A DNA stretch of 64,000 bases from assembly GCA_045110495.1 (NCBI GenBank), contig JBGCGE010000045.1, positions 10,462 through 74,461 of the forward strand, given 5' to 3'. The notes under the pieces are model-generated. The model was given only the letters and a program-made list of their open reading frames with translations, was not told where the DNA came from and ran no database searches. The stretch is from Gammaproteobacteria bacterium. Lineage in GTDB: Bacteria > Pseudomonadota > Gammaproteobacteria > CAJXQU01. Both the position numbers and the translations under genes were made by a program. Positions 41,826-53,013 of this stretch are shown here, piece by piece (the stretch's first letter is position 1; each line of letters begins with the position of its first letter).

Positions 41826-42284
41826 TGTCATCCTGAACGATAGTGAAGGATCTCTGACCGGAACCACGTGATTACTTGGCAAGTTATGGATTTAAAAATG
41901 AGAATGAAATTCGTTATTTTGAGTTGAATTTGCTGTGGAAGTAACCTTCCCATGTGTCTTCAGAATGCACAAAGGGACTTCATCCTGGTATTGATAAGGA
42001 GGACATTGGGTTTAGACATAAAGGTATATTCTGCCTGAAAAGTTCGTTGCTCCGATGATAAGATCCTTCGCTATGCTCAGGATGACGCTGAAGTTTTGAA
42101 TTGGTTTTTTCTTGTTTAAAAGGAAAGTGTTCCAATCTGAGATCCTTCGCTATGCTCAGGATGACGGTCAGGTTTTGCTTCTGGTCGTTTCTTGTTTAAA
42201 ACAGATATGGCATTGAAGAGGAGATGTTTTTGTTATTTTCAGAACGATAATATTTATGTCATCCTGAACGATAGTGAAGGATCT
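41826..42284. repeat. Intergenic repeat cluster.
   Basis: TGTCATCCTGAACGATAGTGAAGGATCT occurs exactly at 41826-41853 and 42257-42284 (identical 28-bp direct repeats). AGATCCTTCGCTATGCTCAGGATGACG occurs at 42070-42096 and 42149-42175 (inverted variants), each starting a tandem unit of about 79 bp (about 42062-42219) that ends in TTCTTGTTTAAAA. Confidence 0.8.
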
Positions 42285-42332
42285 AAAAAACGGAGCCACA
42301 TAACTTCTAATTAAGTTCAGAAACCGAAGGTC

Positions 42333-42629
42333 TTAGATATCTTCAAACCAATCCCCAGCAAGATCATTCCATTGAGGATTTAAGCTTTCGACTAAATTGT
42401 TTTTCTTAATTCTCTTCCAACCCTTGATCTGTTTCTCTCGAGTAATAGCATCAATCATATTTCCGCACACTTCGAAATAAACTAATTTTGTGCAGTTGTA
42501 TTTTTTAGTGAAGCCTTCAAGTTGTTTAGTTTTGTGTTCATAAACTCTGCGTTCAAGATTATTTGTAACACCGGTGTATAGAACTTTATTATTTGGGTTG
42601 GACATCATGTAGATGTAGCAGGTGTTCAT
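42333..42629 (-). CDS. Small GIY-YIG nuclease-family protein.
   Basis: CYIYMMSNPNNKVLYTGVTNNLERRVYEH: GIY-YIG motif with conserved Arg and Glu; 98 aa. Confidence 0.75.
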   Translation of the reverse strand: MNTCYIYMMSNPNNKVLYTGVTNNLERRVYEHKTKQLEGFTKKYNCTKLVYFEVCGNMIDAITREKQIKGWKRIKKNNLVESLNPQWNDLAGDWFEDI

Positions 42630-42653
42630 GGTGTAAGTTGATTGTAAGCTGAA

Positions 42654-43046
42654 TTACTCGCTGTCTCGAACTCCGAAAAACCATAAGAAGAAACCAGCTA
42701 AAGCACCTACTGATACTGAGAACTTTAATGCATCAAAAATGATGGTACTTAATTTTTTGCCTCCATGAAAATGTGGTCCGAGTAGATACGTTATACAAAC
42801 GTTAACCAATAAGGAAAAAAACATACCTAAGAGGACAAGAGTGAAAAGGTTAATCTGATTTATTTTGTGTAATAGAAAATAGGCTGGAAGACTGAGTATC
42901 AGGCCTATAATGGTTCCAAGGCATTTCATTAAAGCTAGTGACACTGAGTAGAGAAAATTTTCACTCAAAATCGCAAGTGAAAATAAACCCACTGCGACAC
43001 CAGTAGCGAAAGGTGTAATACAAAAACCGGATGTGATTTTATTCAT
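42654..43046 (-). CDS. Small four-TM membrane protein, hypothetical.
   Basis: 130 aa, four predicted TM helices, no motif. Confidence 0.35.
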   Translation of the reverse strand: MNKITSGFCITPFATGVAVGLFSLAILSENFLYSVSLALMKCLGTIIGLILSLPAYFLLHKINQINLFTLVLLGMFFSLLVNVCITYLLGPHFHGGKKLSTIIFDALKFSVSVGALAGFFLWFFGVRDSE

Positions 43047-43070
43047 GACAATTACTTAACGATTTTCACT

Positions 43071-44261
<1,191 letters not shown>

Positions 44262-45083
44262 TCAGGTTTTCCTGGCTTTGAATACAGCAAGTACTTCCTG
44301 AGCTTTATTTCTATTGTTAGCATCCTGGCTTATAAAACGAGGAACGTCGAAAGGAATGATCTTTGCGCCTTTGTAGAGTTGACGGATTTCTTTAGTGTCG
44401 TGATTGGAGATGACGACTTTTATGCCGTTTGCAGAAAGCTGATTCGCCATGTCAGCTAATTCTTGTTGTTTGTCGATTCCAAAACCTTCCGCACTATAGT
44501 TGGTAAAATTCGCGGTTCGACTCAATGGAACGTAGGGTGGATCACAATAAATAACATCACCTTTTTCAGCTTGTTGCATTGTTTCTTTAAAGCTAGATAT
44601 TTGAAAAGTGGCGTGTTCTGATTTTTGATCAAAAGCGCGCATTGCTTCTTCCGGAAAGTTTGGTTTTTTATAACGCCCAAAAGGGGAGTTAAAGCCGCCG
44701 GATTTATTGTAGCGACACAAACCGTTGTAGCAATGTCGATTTAAATAGATGAATAGCGCTGCTTTGTGGCGGACGTCTTCTGAATTGTTAAAGTCTTCAC
44801 GAATTTCATAATAAGTTTCGGCATTATTTGTTTCGGGTTTGAAAAGAGGACGAACTGAATCTATAAAATTTTCACCTTCTTTATTAAGAATTTTATAGAG
44901 GTTGATCAGATCAGGGTTATTGTCCGCAAGCAAATATTGATCGAAATTGCTATTCATAAACACGGCGGCGGAACCGACAAACGGTTCGATCAGGCGTTTT
45001 CCTTTTCCGAGTTCATTATTGATCCGTTCGACCAGACGAAATTTACCACCCGGCCATTTTAGAAAAGGTCTGGACGAGATCAA
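44262..45083 (-). CDS. dam: DNA adenine methyltransferase (GATC-specific Dam family).
   Basis: FLKWPGGKFRLV ... EPFVGSAAVF (SAM-binding motif) and DPPY catalytic motif. Collinear with E. coli Dam throughout. Confidence 0.85.
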   Translation of the reverse strand: MISSRPFLKWPGGKFRLVERINNELGKGKRLIEPFVGSAAVFMNSNFDQYLLADNNPDLINLYKILNKEGENFIDSVRPLFKPETNNAETYYEIREDFNNSEDVRHKAALFIYLNRHCYNGLCRYNKSGGFNSPFGRYKKPNFPEEAMRAFDQKSEHATFQISSFKETMQQAEKGDVIYCDPPYVPLSRTANFTNYSAEGFGIDKQQELADMANQLSANGIKVVISNHDTKEIRQLYKGAKIIPFDVPRFISQDANNRNKAQEVLAVFKARKT

Positions 45084-45352
45084 CTCAATTCTTCTGGGGT
45101 TTTAGCCTTGATGCTGAGTGCGTGGATGTCTGACTGCATAAGATCGGCGACGGCTTCGTAGATCATTTTATGCCTTTTGATCAATGATTGACCGGAGAAC
45201 TGATCAGAAACGATCAGTAGATTAAAATGACCTTTGCCATCCTTTGCACCTGCGTGGCCAGCGTGAAGATGACTTTCGTCAACGATCTCTAGTTGATCCG
45301 GAGTGAAAGCTGATTGCAACTTTTCCCGGATCATTTCCACCCGTTCACTCAT
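45080..45352 (-). CDS. BolA-family protein.
   Basis: 90 aa. The SERVEMIREKL ... HLHAGHAGA region is typical of BolA/IbaG. Confidence 0.65.
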   Translation of the reverse strand: MSERVEMIREKLQSAFTPDQLEIVDESHLHAGHAGAKDGKGHFNLLIVSDQFSGQSLIKRHKMIYEAVADLMQSDIHALSIKAKTPEELS

Positions 45353-45651
45353 TATAGGTCTACTTTTTTAAACGGTTTAACTGTGACTTTTTTATAGACG
45401 CCAGCTTCAACAAAAGGATCTGCATCAGCCCATGTTTGTGCGTCGGCAAGTGAATCGAATTGCGCGACGATTAAGCTACCGGTAAAACCGGCTTCGCCGG
45501 GATCTTCACTATCAATTGCAGGATGAGGGCCGACCAATATGACACCGTTATCTTCATTGAGTTTTTTTAATCGTTCGATATGCGCAGGCCGTGTTTTCAG
45601 GCGAAGCTCCAGGCTGTTTTCGACATCTTCACTAATAATTGCGTAATACAT
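45352..45651 (-). CDS. yciI: YciI-family protein.
   Basis: 99 aa, dimeric alpha+beta barrel family pattern (MYYAII ... GPHPAIDSE ... GSLIVAQFDSLADAQ). Confidence 0.6.
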   Translation of the reverse strand: MYYAIISEDVENSLELRLKTRPAHIERLKKLNEDNGVILVGPHPAIDSEDPGEAGFTGSLIVAQFDSLADAQTWADADPFVEAGVYKKVTVKPFKKVDL

Positions 45652-45655
45652 TTTT

Positions 45656-46237
45656 CTATTCCTCGTTAGATTCTTCGCTTGCTACTGTTTCAGGTTCTTC
45701 CTGAATATAACGTGATAAATACACCGCTTGAGCAATTACAAAAGCGATAGTCAGGCCAAGCAGCCCAAATAGTTTGAAATTGACCCAGGTTTCTGTCTCG
45801 TAATTGAATGCGACGTAAAGGTTCGCGCAACCGGACAGGAAGAAGAATATTACCCATGCAAAGTTTAGTTTTCCCCAAACGTGTTCGGGCAGTTCAACTT
45901 GCTCACTCATCATCCTTTTGATAATCGATTTTTCTCCAAAAAATTGACTACCTAGAAAAACCGCCGCGAAAAGCCAGTTAACGACAGTCGGTTTCCATTT
46001 AATAAATCTTTCATCTTGAAAAATCAGTGTTGCCCCGCCCAAAACGACAATTAAACCCATTGTGATCAAATGCATTTTTTCGACCTTGCGATGCTTGAGC
46101 CATGAGTAGCTGACCTGTGCAATAGAAGCTACGATTGCGACAACGGTGGCCAGCATAATGCCGTCTTGTGGATCTTCGGGGATCTTAAAGGCGATAAAAA
46201 ATAAAAGGATTGGTAAAAAGTCGAAAAGGAATTTCAT
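45656..46237 (-). CDS. yciB: Intracellular septation protein A (YciB/IspZ).
   Basis: MKFLFDFLPILLFFIAFKI N-terminus and five TM segments, 193 aa. Confidence 0.75.
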   Translation of the reverse strand: MKFLFDFLPILLFFIAFKIPEDPQDGIMLATVVAIVASIAQVSYSWLKHRKVEKMHLITMGLIVVLGGATLIFQDERFIKWKPTVVNWLFAAVFLGSQFFGEKSIIKRMMSEQVELPEHVWGKLNFAWVIFFFLSGCANLYVAFNYETETWVNFKLFGLLGLTIAFVIAQAVYLSRYIQEEPETVASEESNEE

Positions 46238-46347
46238 TGAGTTTTTAAAGGCCAGAAGTTAGAAATTAGTAATTGCGTTTTATTGTTAAGGTGATTTTAG
46301 CGGAAATTCATTCGATACACACCTCATTCGGGATATAATGGTTTGTT

Positions 46348-46974
46348 ATGGCTAAATACCTTCAAATTCACCCAGTAGATCCGCAAGCACGATTGATTAG
46401 TCAAGTGGTAGCTTCATTGCGTAAGAGTGGTGTTGTGATATATCCAACGGATTCTTGTTACGCGGTGGGATGCCAGATTGGAGATAAGGCGGCGCAGGAC
46501 AAAATTCGTCAACTACGCCAGTTAGATGATAATCATGATTTTACTCTTGTATGTCGAGATCTTTCCGAAATTTCTTTATATGCAAAAATCGATAATAGTG
46601 CATATAAACTGATCAAATCTTTAACACCCGGGCCATATACGTTTATCCTGAAAGCGACGCGTGAAGTCCCACGACGATTACAGAACCCCAAGCGTAAAAC
46701 GATCGGTTTGCGTATTCCAAACAATCCCATCGCGCTTGCTCTTTTGGAAGAGTTAGGTGAGCCGATTATGAGTTCGACTTTGCAAATGCCGGGAGATGAT
46801 TTGCCGATGAGTGATCCGGATGAAATCAACGAAAGACTCGATAAAAGGGTCGATATGATCATCAATGGTGGGCCTTGCGAACTGGAACCAACTTCGGTGA
46901 TTGAATTGATGGATGGTGTACCCGTTATTCGCCGACGTGGTCGCGGTGATGTTTCGCAATTCGAGGAAGTTTGA
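46348..46974 (+). CDS. YrdC/YciO-family threonylcarbamoyl-AMP synthase-like protein.
   Basis: VIYPTDSCYAVGCQIGDKAAQDKIRQLRQ and the conserved basic pocket KRKTIGLRIP; 208 aa. Confidence 0.7.
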   Translation: MAKYLQIHPVDPQARLISQVVASLRKSGVVIYPTDSCYAVGCQIGDKAAQDKIRQLRQLDDNHDFTLVCRDLSEISLYAKIDNSAYKLIKSLTPGPYTFILKATREVPRRLQNPKRKTIGLRIPNNPIALALLEELGEPIMSSTLQMPGDDLPMSDPDEINERLDKRVDMIINGGPCELEPTSVIELMDGVPVIRRRGRGDVSQFEEV

Positions 46975-47009
46975 AGACTGAAATTTCACAATGTCTCTGA
47001 TATGATCGA

Positions 47010-47705
47010 TTGATGATAGAACTATCCCTTGTCCAGAAAATTATCGTTTGTGTTCCTCCCATTTTATTAGCCGTAACTCTCCACGAAGTCGCTCATGGTT
47101 GGGTGGCTAAAATAAACGGTGACCGAACCGCAGAACTGATGGGTAGACTCAGCGTTAATCCGATCAAGCATGTTGATCCTGTTGGGACAATACTTTTGCC
47201 TGCGTTTTTAGCATTCACTACAGGCTTTATTTTTGGTTGGGCAAAACCGGTTCCTGTTTCATTCAACGATCTAAATAGTCCGAAGACAGACATGGCTAAA
47301 GTGGCTATTGCTGGCCCAGCTTCAAATATGGTCATGATGATTATCTGGGCGGTTGTTCTTAAGATGTCTATAATCGCACCGAATTCATCTCAGTGGATTA
47401 CTGTCCCACTAATTTATATGGCATCGGTAGGTGTCTATATTAATTGTATTATGATGGTATTAAATTTACTGCCTTTACCACCACTAGATGGCAGCCGCAT
47501 ATTAGCAGCGTATTTACCTGGCCCACTTGATTTTAAGTATATGAAATTAGAACGTTATGGGATATTTATTTTGCTTGCCTTATTGGTTTTTACTCCTCTA
47601 GGCGGATTAATGCTATCTTCCGTACAAAGTGTAGTGAAGTTGTTCTCTGAATTTACCGGGACTGATATAAATGGTGTTGTACAATTGCTATTCAGTAAAA
47701 AATAA
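47010..47705 (+). CDS. Site-2 protease (peptidase M50) family membrane metalloprotease.
   Basis: HEVAHGWVA (HExxH) in TM1, multiple TM segments, LNLLPLPPLDG motif. Confidence 0.7.
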   Translation: MMIELSLVQKIIVCVPPILLAVTLHEVAHGWVAKINGDRTAELMGRLSVNPIKHVDPVGTILLPAFLAFTTGFIFGWAKPVPVSFNDLNSPKTDMAKVAIAGPASNMVMMIIWAVVLKMSIIAPNSSQWITVPLIYMASVGVYINCIMMVLNLLPLPPLDGSRILAAYLPGPLDFKYMKLERYGIFILLALLVFTPLGGLMLSSVQSVVKLFSEFTGTDINGVVQLLFSKK

Positions 47706-47724
47706 TAACATGGAGAATCCTTAA

Positions 47725-48936
47725 TTGAGTCCAACCCAAAACCCACGTGTTCTATCAGGAATGCGTCCCACCGGCCGTTTGCATCTGGGTCATTATCACG
47801 GTGTATTAAAAAACTGGATAGAGCTTCAAACACAGTATGAATGTTTCTTTTTTGTCGCTGACTGGCATGCGTTGACGACTGCTTACGATAATACTGGAAT
47901 TATTGCCGACAGTGTTTGGGATATGGTAATCGATTGGCTGGCAGCCGGTGTCAACCCTAGTCAATCAACAATGTTTATTCAATCACGTGTACCAGAGCAC
48001 GCTGAGCTACATTTATTACTTTCTATGCACACACCTTTAGGTTGGTTGGAACGTGTTCCAACGTATAAAGATCAACAAGAGAAATTGAAAGAGAAAGATC
48101 TGGCAACCTATGGATTTTTAGGTTATCCATTGTTGCAATCAGCTGATATTTTAATGTATCGAGCAGGCAAAGTTCCTGTCGGTGAAGATCAAGTTGTGCA
48201 TGTAGAACTGACCCGCGAAGTTGCTCGACGATTTAATCATCTTTACGGTAAAGAAGCAGGATTTGAAGAAAAAGCCGAAGCCGCTGCAAAGAAAATGGGT
48301 AAGAAAAATGCGCGACTTTATTTTGATCTGCGTAAACAATTTCTGGAAAAAGGTGATACCGAATGTCTGGAAGAGGCGCGAGCTTTATTGGTGGCGCAAC
48401 AAAATATAAGCATCGGTGATCAGGAACGTTTGTCTGGTTACTTAGAGGGAGGTGGTAAGGTGATTTTACCAGAACCAGAAGCCTTGTTGACGCCTCAATC
48501 TAAAATGCCAGGCTTAGATGGCCAGAAAATGTCCAAGTCGTATGGTAATACGATTGGTTTACGAGAAAGCCCAGAATCTGTCACTCAAAAATTACGTACA
48601 ATGCCGACAGATCCCGCTCGAGTGAAATTGACCGATCCGGGTGATCCGGCTAAATGTCCCGTCTGGCAATTACATGAAGTATATTCCAATGATGAAGTTA
48701 AAACCTGGGCAAGCGACGGTTGTCGAAAAGCCGCAATGGGTTGTCTTGATTGCAAACAGCCCTTAATAGATGCGGTCATAAAGGAACAAGAACCAATCCA
48801 TGCTCGCGCTGAAGAATATACTTCTGATCCTGAGTTAGTTAGAAATGTAATTAGTGAAGGTTGCGAAAAAGCCCGTGATGCTGCGCGGGATACGATGGAA
48901 GAAGTTAGACAATCTATGGGATTGATCTATAAGTGA
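47725..48936 (+). CDS. trpS: Tryptophan--tRNA ligase (long form).
   Basis: HIGH-type motif TGRLHLGHY and KMSKS, with an insertion of about 65 aa before KMSKS as in Pseudomonas-type TrpRS. Confidence 0.85.
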   Translation: MSPTQNPRVLSGMRPTGRLHLGHYHGVLKNWIELQTQYECFFFVADWHALTTAYDNTGIIADSVWDMVIDWLAAGVNPSQSTMFIQSRVPEHAELHLLLSMHTPLGWLERVPTYKDQQEKLKEKDLATYGFLGYPLLQSADILMYRAGKVPVGEDQVVHVELTREVARRFNHLYGKEAGFEEKAEAAAKKMGKKNARLYFDLRKQFLEKGDTECLEEARALLVAQQNISIGDQERLSGYLEGGGKVILPEPEALLTPQSKMPGLDGQKMSKSYGNTIGLRESPESVTQKLRTMPTDPARVKLTDPGDPAKCPVWQLHEVYSNDEVKTWASDGCRKAAMGCLDCKQPLIDAVIKEQEPIHARAEEYTSDPELVRNVISEGCEKARDAARDTMEEVRQSMGLIYK

Positions 48937-48946
48937 GTCGAGACAA

Positions 48947-49816
48947 GTGACTAATAACCAGGATCAAAAACCACTCGAAGATCAAGGCTCAACGGATCAG
49001 CCAGATCAAAAAGGACAAGCTCAAAACCGGAATCCTGCGCAGGCTGAAATGCCATTCGCGATCGTTCAAGGTCAAGCAGTCACCATTCCACCTAAAGACT
49101 TATATATTCCGCCAGAAGCACTTGAGGTTTTTCTTGAAGCTTTTGAGGGACCGTTAGACTTATTGTTGTATTTGATCAAAAAACAAAATCTGGACATTCT
49201 CGATATACCCATCGCAAAGATTACTAAGCAATACATGAGTTACATCGAAGCGATGACCGATTTGAAGCTTGAATTAGCTGCGGAATATCTGGTAATGGCG
49301 GCAATGTTGGCCGAGATCAAATCTCGCATGCTATTACCGCGACCAAACGAAGATGAACAAGAAGAAGACGATCCGCGAGCTGAATTAGTCCGTCGCTTAC
49401 AAGAATATGAGCGCTATAAACAAGCGGCTGAAGAAATTGATCAATTACCACGGTTGGAAAGAGAGATCCGAACAGCGGTTATTTCTTTTCCTTATAAGAA
49501 TCAAGACAGACCACTACCGGATGTAACATTAGATGCCGTTTTGAAAGCCTTTGGTGAAGTGATGTCCAGGGCTGAAATGTTCTCTAGCCATCAAATTGAG
49601 CGCGAACCCCTTTCGGTTAGAGAAAGAATGAGTATTGTTTTGGAAGTGGTTAAAAGTGATGAATTTATTGAATTTGCCCAATTATTTGAACCGGAAGAAG
49701 GACGCGCGGGTGTCGTGGTTTCTTTGTTGGCAATTTTAGAATTATTAAAGGAAGCGTTGATCGAAATGGTACAAAACGATTCGGAAGGTGTGATTTATCT
49801 GAGAGCGGCAGCATGA
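48947..49816 (+). CDS. scpA: Segregation and condensation protein A.
   Basis: FEGPLDLLLYLIKKQNLDILDIPIAKITKQY kleisin N-terminal motif. Confidence 0.8.
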   Translation: MTNNQDQKPLEDQGSTDQPDQKGQAQNRNPAQAEMPFAIVQGQAVTIPPKDLYIPPEALEVFLEAFEGPLDLLLYLIKKQNLDILDIPIAKITKQYMSYIEAMTDLKLELAAEYLVMAAMLAEIKSRMLLPRPNEDEQEEDDPRAELVRRLQEYERYKQAAEEIDQLPRLEREIRTAVISFPYKNQDRPLPDVTLDAVLKAFGEVMSRAEMFSSHQIEREPLSVRERMSIVLEVVKSDEFIEFAQLFEPEEGRAGVVVSLLAILELLKEALIEMVQNDSEGVIYLRAAA

Positions 49817-50463
49817 GTGAAGAAAATAATTTACAGATAAAAAATATACTTGAAGCTGCAATAATGGTGGCTGATGAGCCGCTTAGTATTGATCGCATGT
49901 TGTCTTTATTTAGCGAGGATGGAGGTGATCCACCCGAACGCCGGCAAATAAAAGACGCATTAGAAAGTCTGGATCAAGATTATGCAGACAGAGGAATAGA
50001 ACTAAAGCAGGTCGCAAGTGGTTATCGTCTCCAGGCAAAAAGCGATGTTGCAAAGTGGGTAAATCGGCTATGGATTGAACGTCCAGCAAAATACACCCGA
50101 GCACTATTAGAAACCTTGGCAATTATTGCCTATCGACAGCCGATTACACGCGGCGAAATTGAAGCGATCAGAGGTGTTAGTGTCAGTAGTAATGTTGTTA
50201 AAACTTTGCTTGAAAGAGAGTGGATAAAAGTTGCCGGGCATAGAGATGTTCCCGGACGTCCTGCTGTTTTCGCAACAACCCGCCACTTTCTCGACTATTT
50301 TAATCTCAAAAGTTTATCTGAACTGCCGAGCTTGGCTGAATTAAGAGATCTGGATGAAATTGCGACTGATCTTTTTCAAGAGCCGTTTGATTCGGTAGTT
50401 AAACCAGATTTGGAAGAAGAAAGAAAACCTGATGAGCCTGACGATCAACCAGTGTCTTCCTGA
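49813..50463 (+). CDS. scpB: Segregation and condensation protein B.
   Basis: Tandem winged-helix ScpB pattern; overlaps the scpA stop. Confidence 0.75.
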   Translation: MSEENNLQIKNILEAAIMVADEPLSIDRMLSLFSEDGGDPPERRQIKDALESLDQDYADRGIELKQVASGYRLQAKSDVAKWVNRLWIERPAKYTRALLETLAIIAYRQPITRGEIEAIRGVSVSSNVVKTLLEREWIKVAGHRDVPGRPAVFATTRHFLDYFNLKSLSELPSLAELRDLDEIATDLFQEPFDSVVKPDLEEERKPDEPDDQPVSS

Positions 50464-50558
50464 CTGAAAACGATGACATTATCTTGTTTTAATTTGTGCA
50501 GATAGAGTTGTCCAAACGATAACCGTCAAATCAATAAAAATTTTAATTTCAGGCCACC

Positions 50559-52862
50559 TTATAATTTCGCCTCTGACAGTTTTTTCTTATACTCCTTAAC
50601 AGACAGTGCAGACTCATAAGATTTAGTTGCTTCTTTTCTGTTTAAAGGGATGGAGCCTTCTTGATTTGAGGGTGGAACTAGATCGACAGGGTAGCAGGCA
50701 AGTTTTTGTTTTTTTGCGGATAGCGATGGCCGAAAGACCAACTCTCGTATATTTGTTTTCTTCGCTTGTACGACATGGCCTTGCTCGTCTGTATCGAGAT
50801 CCCACCACCATTTTTTTACTGGGTTGATTCGACCATTTCCAACCCAATCATCTAGCTTGGAAATCCATTTGTGCGTAAACGGTAAATGCATTGCTGACCA
50901 TAAAAAAGGGCGTTCAGCCATAACGCCTTCAATATTATAAGGGCAGGTTTTCATACATCGACCGCACATAGATCCAGCAGCATTTGTGATCCGATAACGT
51001 GCACATTTTTCAACATCCTGTTTCCAGATTTCATAAGCGTTGAACATGATCTTTTTACCAAATGAAATTGCAGAACAAGGGCATTCACGAGCGCATTTTT
51101 CACATTCGCCACAGAAATTCTGTAAACCAAAGTCTATTGGTGTATCAACAGCAAGTGGCATGTCTGTAGTAATGACACCGGATTTAAAACGTGGCCCAAC
51201 AAATGGATTGAGAACAAGTTCACCTATACGTGATAATTCACCTAAGCCTGAATTTAGAATAAGTGGAATGTGTAAGACATCTTGATCCATCACACTGTGT
51301 CCGCGAGCGGAATGACCTAAATTACGAATGTGCTGACAAACAATTCCTCCAAGTAATTGCGCGCGCATGTAGGCACGCATACTTTGTGCACCGGAGATCC
51401 AGTCATCTCCACTCGCACCTTCCATCGTTTCATAACCTTGATCAATTAGTATTGAAATAGCATATTTATGATAGGGCTTGATTTCGCTTCCGTCGGTGTC
51501 ATGCGAATACCAGGCATATTCAGGTATCTCACAAATGCCGACCATGTCAGCTCCCAGATAATGTAAAGCTGCCTTAACAGCTTGAGCATTCTTGACTGGA
51601 TCTTCAGTGTCTGGATGGACTGTTTCAGCCTCTTTTCCATATTGAAGCGGAACCATGCTACCGAGTCCTGGGATCATGGCATGCCCAAAAGGTGATTTTG
51701 TGATCATACGAAACCCATCAAGCTCCTTCTTCGCCTTGTCGCCCAAATCACCAATTGCTGCACGAATAAACATGTCATGCCTTTTGGGAATGCGTGGAAC
51801 GTTTGGTGTATCAATAAACGTGGTGGGTTCATCGACATGCTTCACAGTTTCCATTGGGTATGGGCCTAAATGATATGGGCGCTTTTTGAATGGTTCTCCA
51901 GCATAACCGGGACGTGTACCTCCGATGCCAGCCCACCACTTAAAATCACGTGCCTGTTTTGCTGTATTTGGCTTGATAGCGTCGTCAGATGCGAATGACA
52001 TATTTGTAGTTACAACAACAACGCCATATCGATCACTAATGAAAGGATTTTCAGGCTTGTCTGACTTCGAATTTTGTTCAGCGAGGCCACTTGCGACTGA
52101 TAGCATAGTTAAGTCAACATCACTTGCAGTCGGTGTATGTAAAGTCGCGGAATAACCCAGCATTCGTAGATAATTAGCCATTGTACCGCCGATTTCTGCG
52201 CCTCGAATTGCAGCACGCTGTGGCTGACAATCCATAATCCAGTTTGCGCCTGGTTCTTTTTGATCGGGATCGCGAGGGTATTCGATCAAAATCACCAATG
52301 CGTTTTGATGATCATTTTTTACTTGTTGATCATGTTTACGACTCCAGTTTTCGCGTCCTTCATCAACAACACTTTTGGCCATCGCATTTTCAGCAGCACC
52401 GGCTGCAAATTCCTGCTCTTGAGCCTCTTGTAAAGTCTCATTAATGATTGGCGATTCTAACCAGGCCTGATGAGGAATTGAACAGGTCGCGACCATACTG
52501 GCATCAAGATAATAACAAGCCGCTTTTAAGTGATCAGATCGCTCAGACAAACTATCAGGAATGGGAGCTAAATGAGGAGAGGTTTCCCCCAGGCGCATAC
52601 GATCCATTACATTAACGAAATCGCGCATCGCGTTACGAATAGAGAGTGGCGAATCGGGTGATTCAATCTGTAATGCCTCTAATGGCGTATTTGGTAAATT
52701 TCGGGCTTCAAGAGGAATTCTTTTTAAACGTTCAAGCGGAAAAGGGCCGGAAGATACAGGGCGGTTTTTGTGTGAAAACATTCGCATCATTAGATTTTCC
52801 CCTTGCAGTAGTTCCGAAACTGGCAACAGTATTCGTATCATTAATGACGATTTTATTAGCAA
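50559..52862 (-). CDS. Large cytoplasmic reductive-dehalogenase-family (RdhA-like, NpRdhA-type) corrinoid/iron-sulfur protein. True start probably at MMRMF (about 52790).
   Basis: C-terminal FCGECEKCARECP followed by C-x12-CGRCMKTCP, the two [4Fe-4S] motifs characteristic of RdhA and QueG-type enzymes. Internal duplication (LKAACYYLDASMVATCSIPHQAW and VKAALHYLGADMVGICEIPEYAW) as in long catabolic RdhAs. No TAT signal and no adjacent rdhB anchor gene. Confidence 0.55.
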   Translation of the reverse strand: MLIKSSLMIRILLPVSELLQGENLMMRMFSHKNRPVSSGPFPLERLKRIPLEARNLPNTPLEALQIESPDSPLSIRNAMRDFVNVMDRMRLGETSPHLAPIPDSLSERSDHLKAACYYLDASMVATCSIPHQAWLESPIINETLQEAQEQEFAAGAAENAMAKSVVDEGRENWSRKHDQQVKNDHQNALVILIEYPRDPDQKEPGANWIMDCQPQRAAIRGAEIGGTMANYLRMLGYSATLHTPTASDVDLTMLSVASGLAEQNSKSDKPENPFISDRYGVVVVTTNMSFASDDAIKPNTAKQARDFKWWAGIGGTRPGYAGEPFKKRPYHLGPYPMETVKHVDEPTTFIDTPNVPRIPKRHDMFIRAAIGDLGDKAKKELDGFRMITKSPFGHAMIPGLGSMVPLQYGKEAETVHPDTEDPVKNAQAVKAALHYLGADMVGICEIPEYAWYSHDTDGSEIKPYHKYAISILIDQGYETMEGASGDDWISGAQSMRAYMRAQLLGGIVCQHIRNLGHSARGHSVMDQDVLHIPLILNSGLGELSRIGELVLNPFVGPRFKSGVITTDMPLAVDTPIDFGLQNFCGECEKCARECPCSAISFGKKIMFNAYEIWKQDVEKCARYRITNAAGSMCGRCMKTCPYNIEGVMAERPFLWSAMHLPFTHKWISKLDDWVGNGRINPVKKWWWDLDTDEQGHVVQAKKTNIRELVFRPSLSAKKQKLACYPVDLVPPSNQEGSIPLNRKEATKSYESALSVKEYKKKLSEAKL

Positions 52863-52906
52863 GGCAACAGAGAAATGCTTTCCTGCCTGCGATGCCTTAA
52901 AAGCTA

Positions 52907-52951
52907 TATCGACGTTAACATAATATTTCGATTATGTTAATAATATCGATA
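52907..52951. promoter_or_regulatory. Palindromic operator candidate in the divergent promoter region.
   Basis: Perfect inverted repeat TTAACATAAT-atttcg-ATTATGTTAA (52915-52940) nested inside an outer TATCGA ... TCGATA repeat. Confidence 0.5.
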
Positions 52952-53013
52952 TTATGCGGTAATACATTTTGGAATAATTTTTCGTTTCGGGCATCAATGT
53001 TATTAAATGAAGG

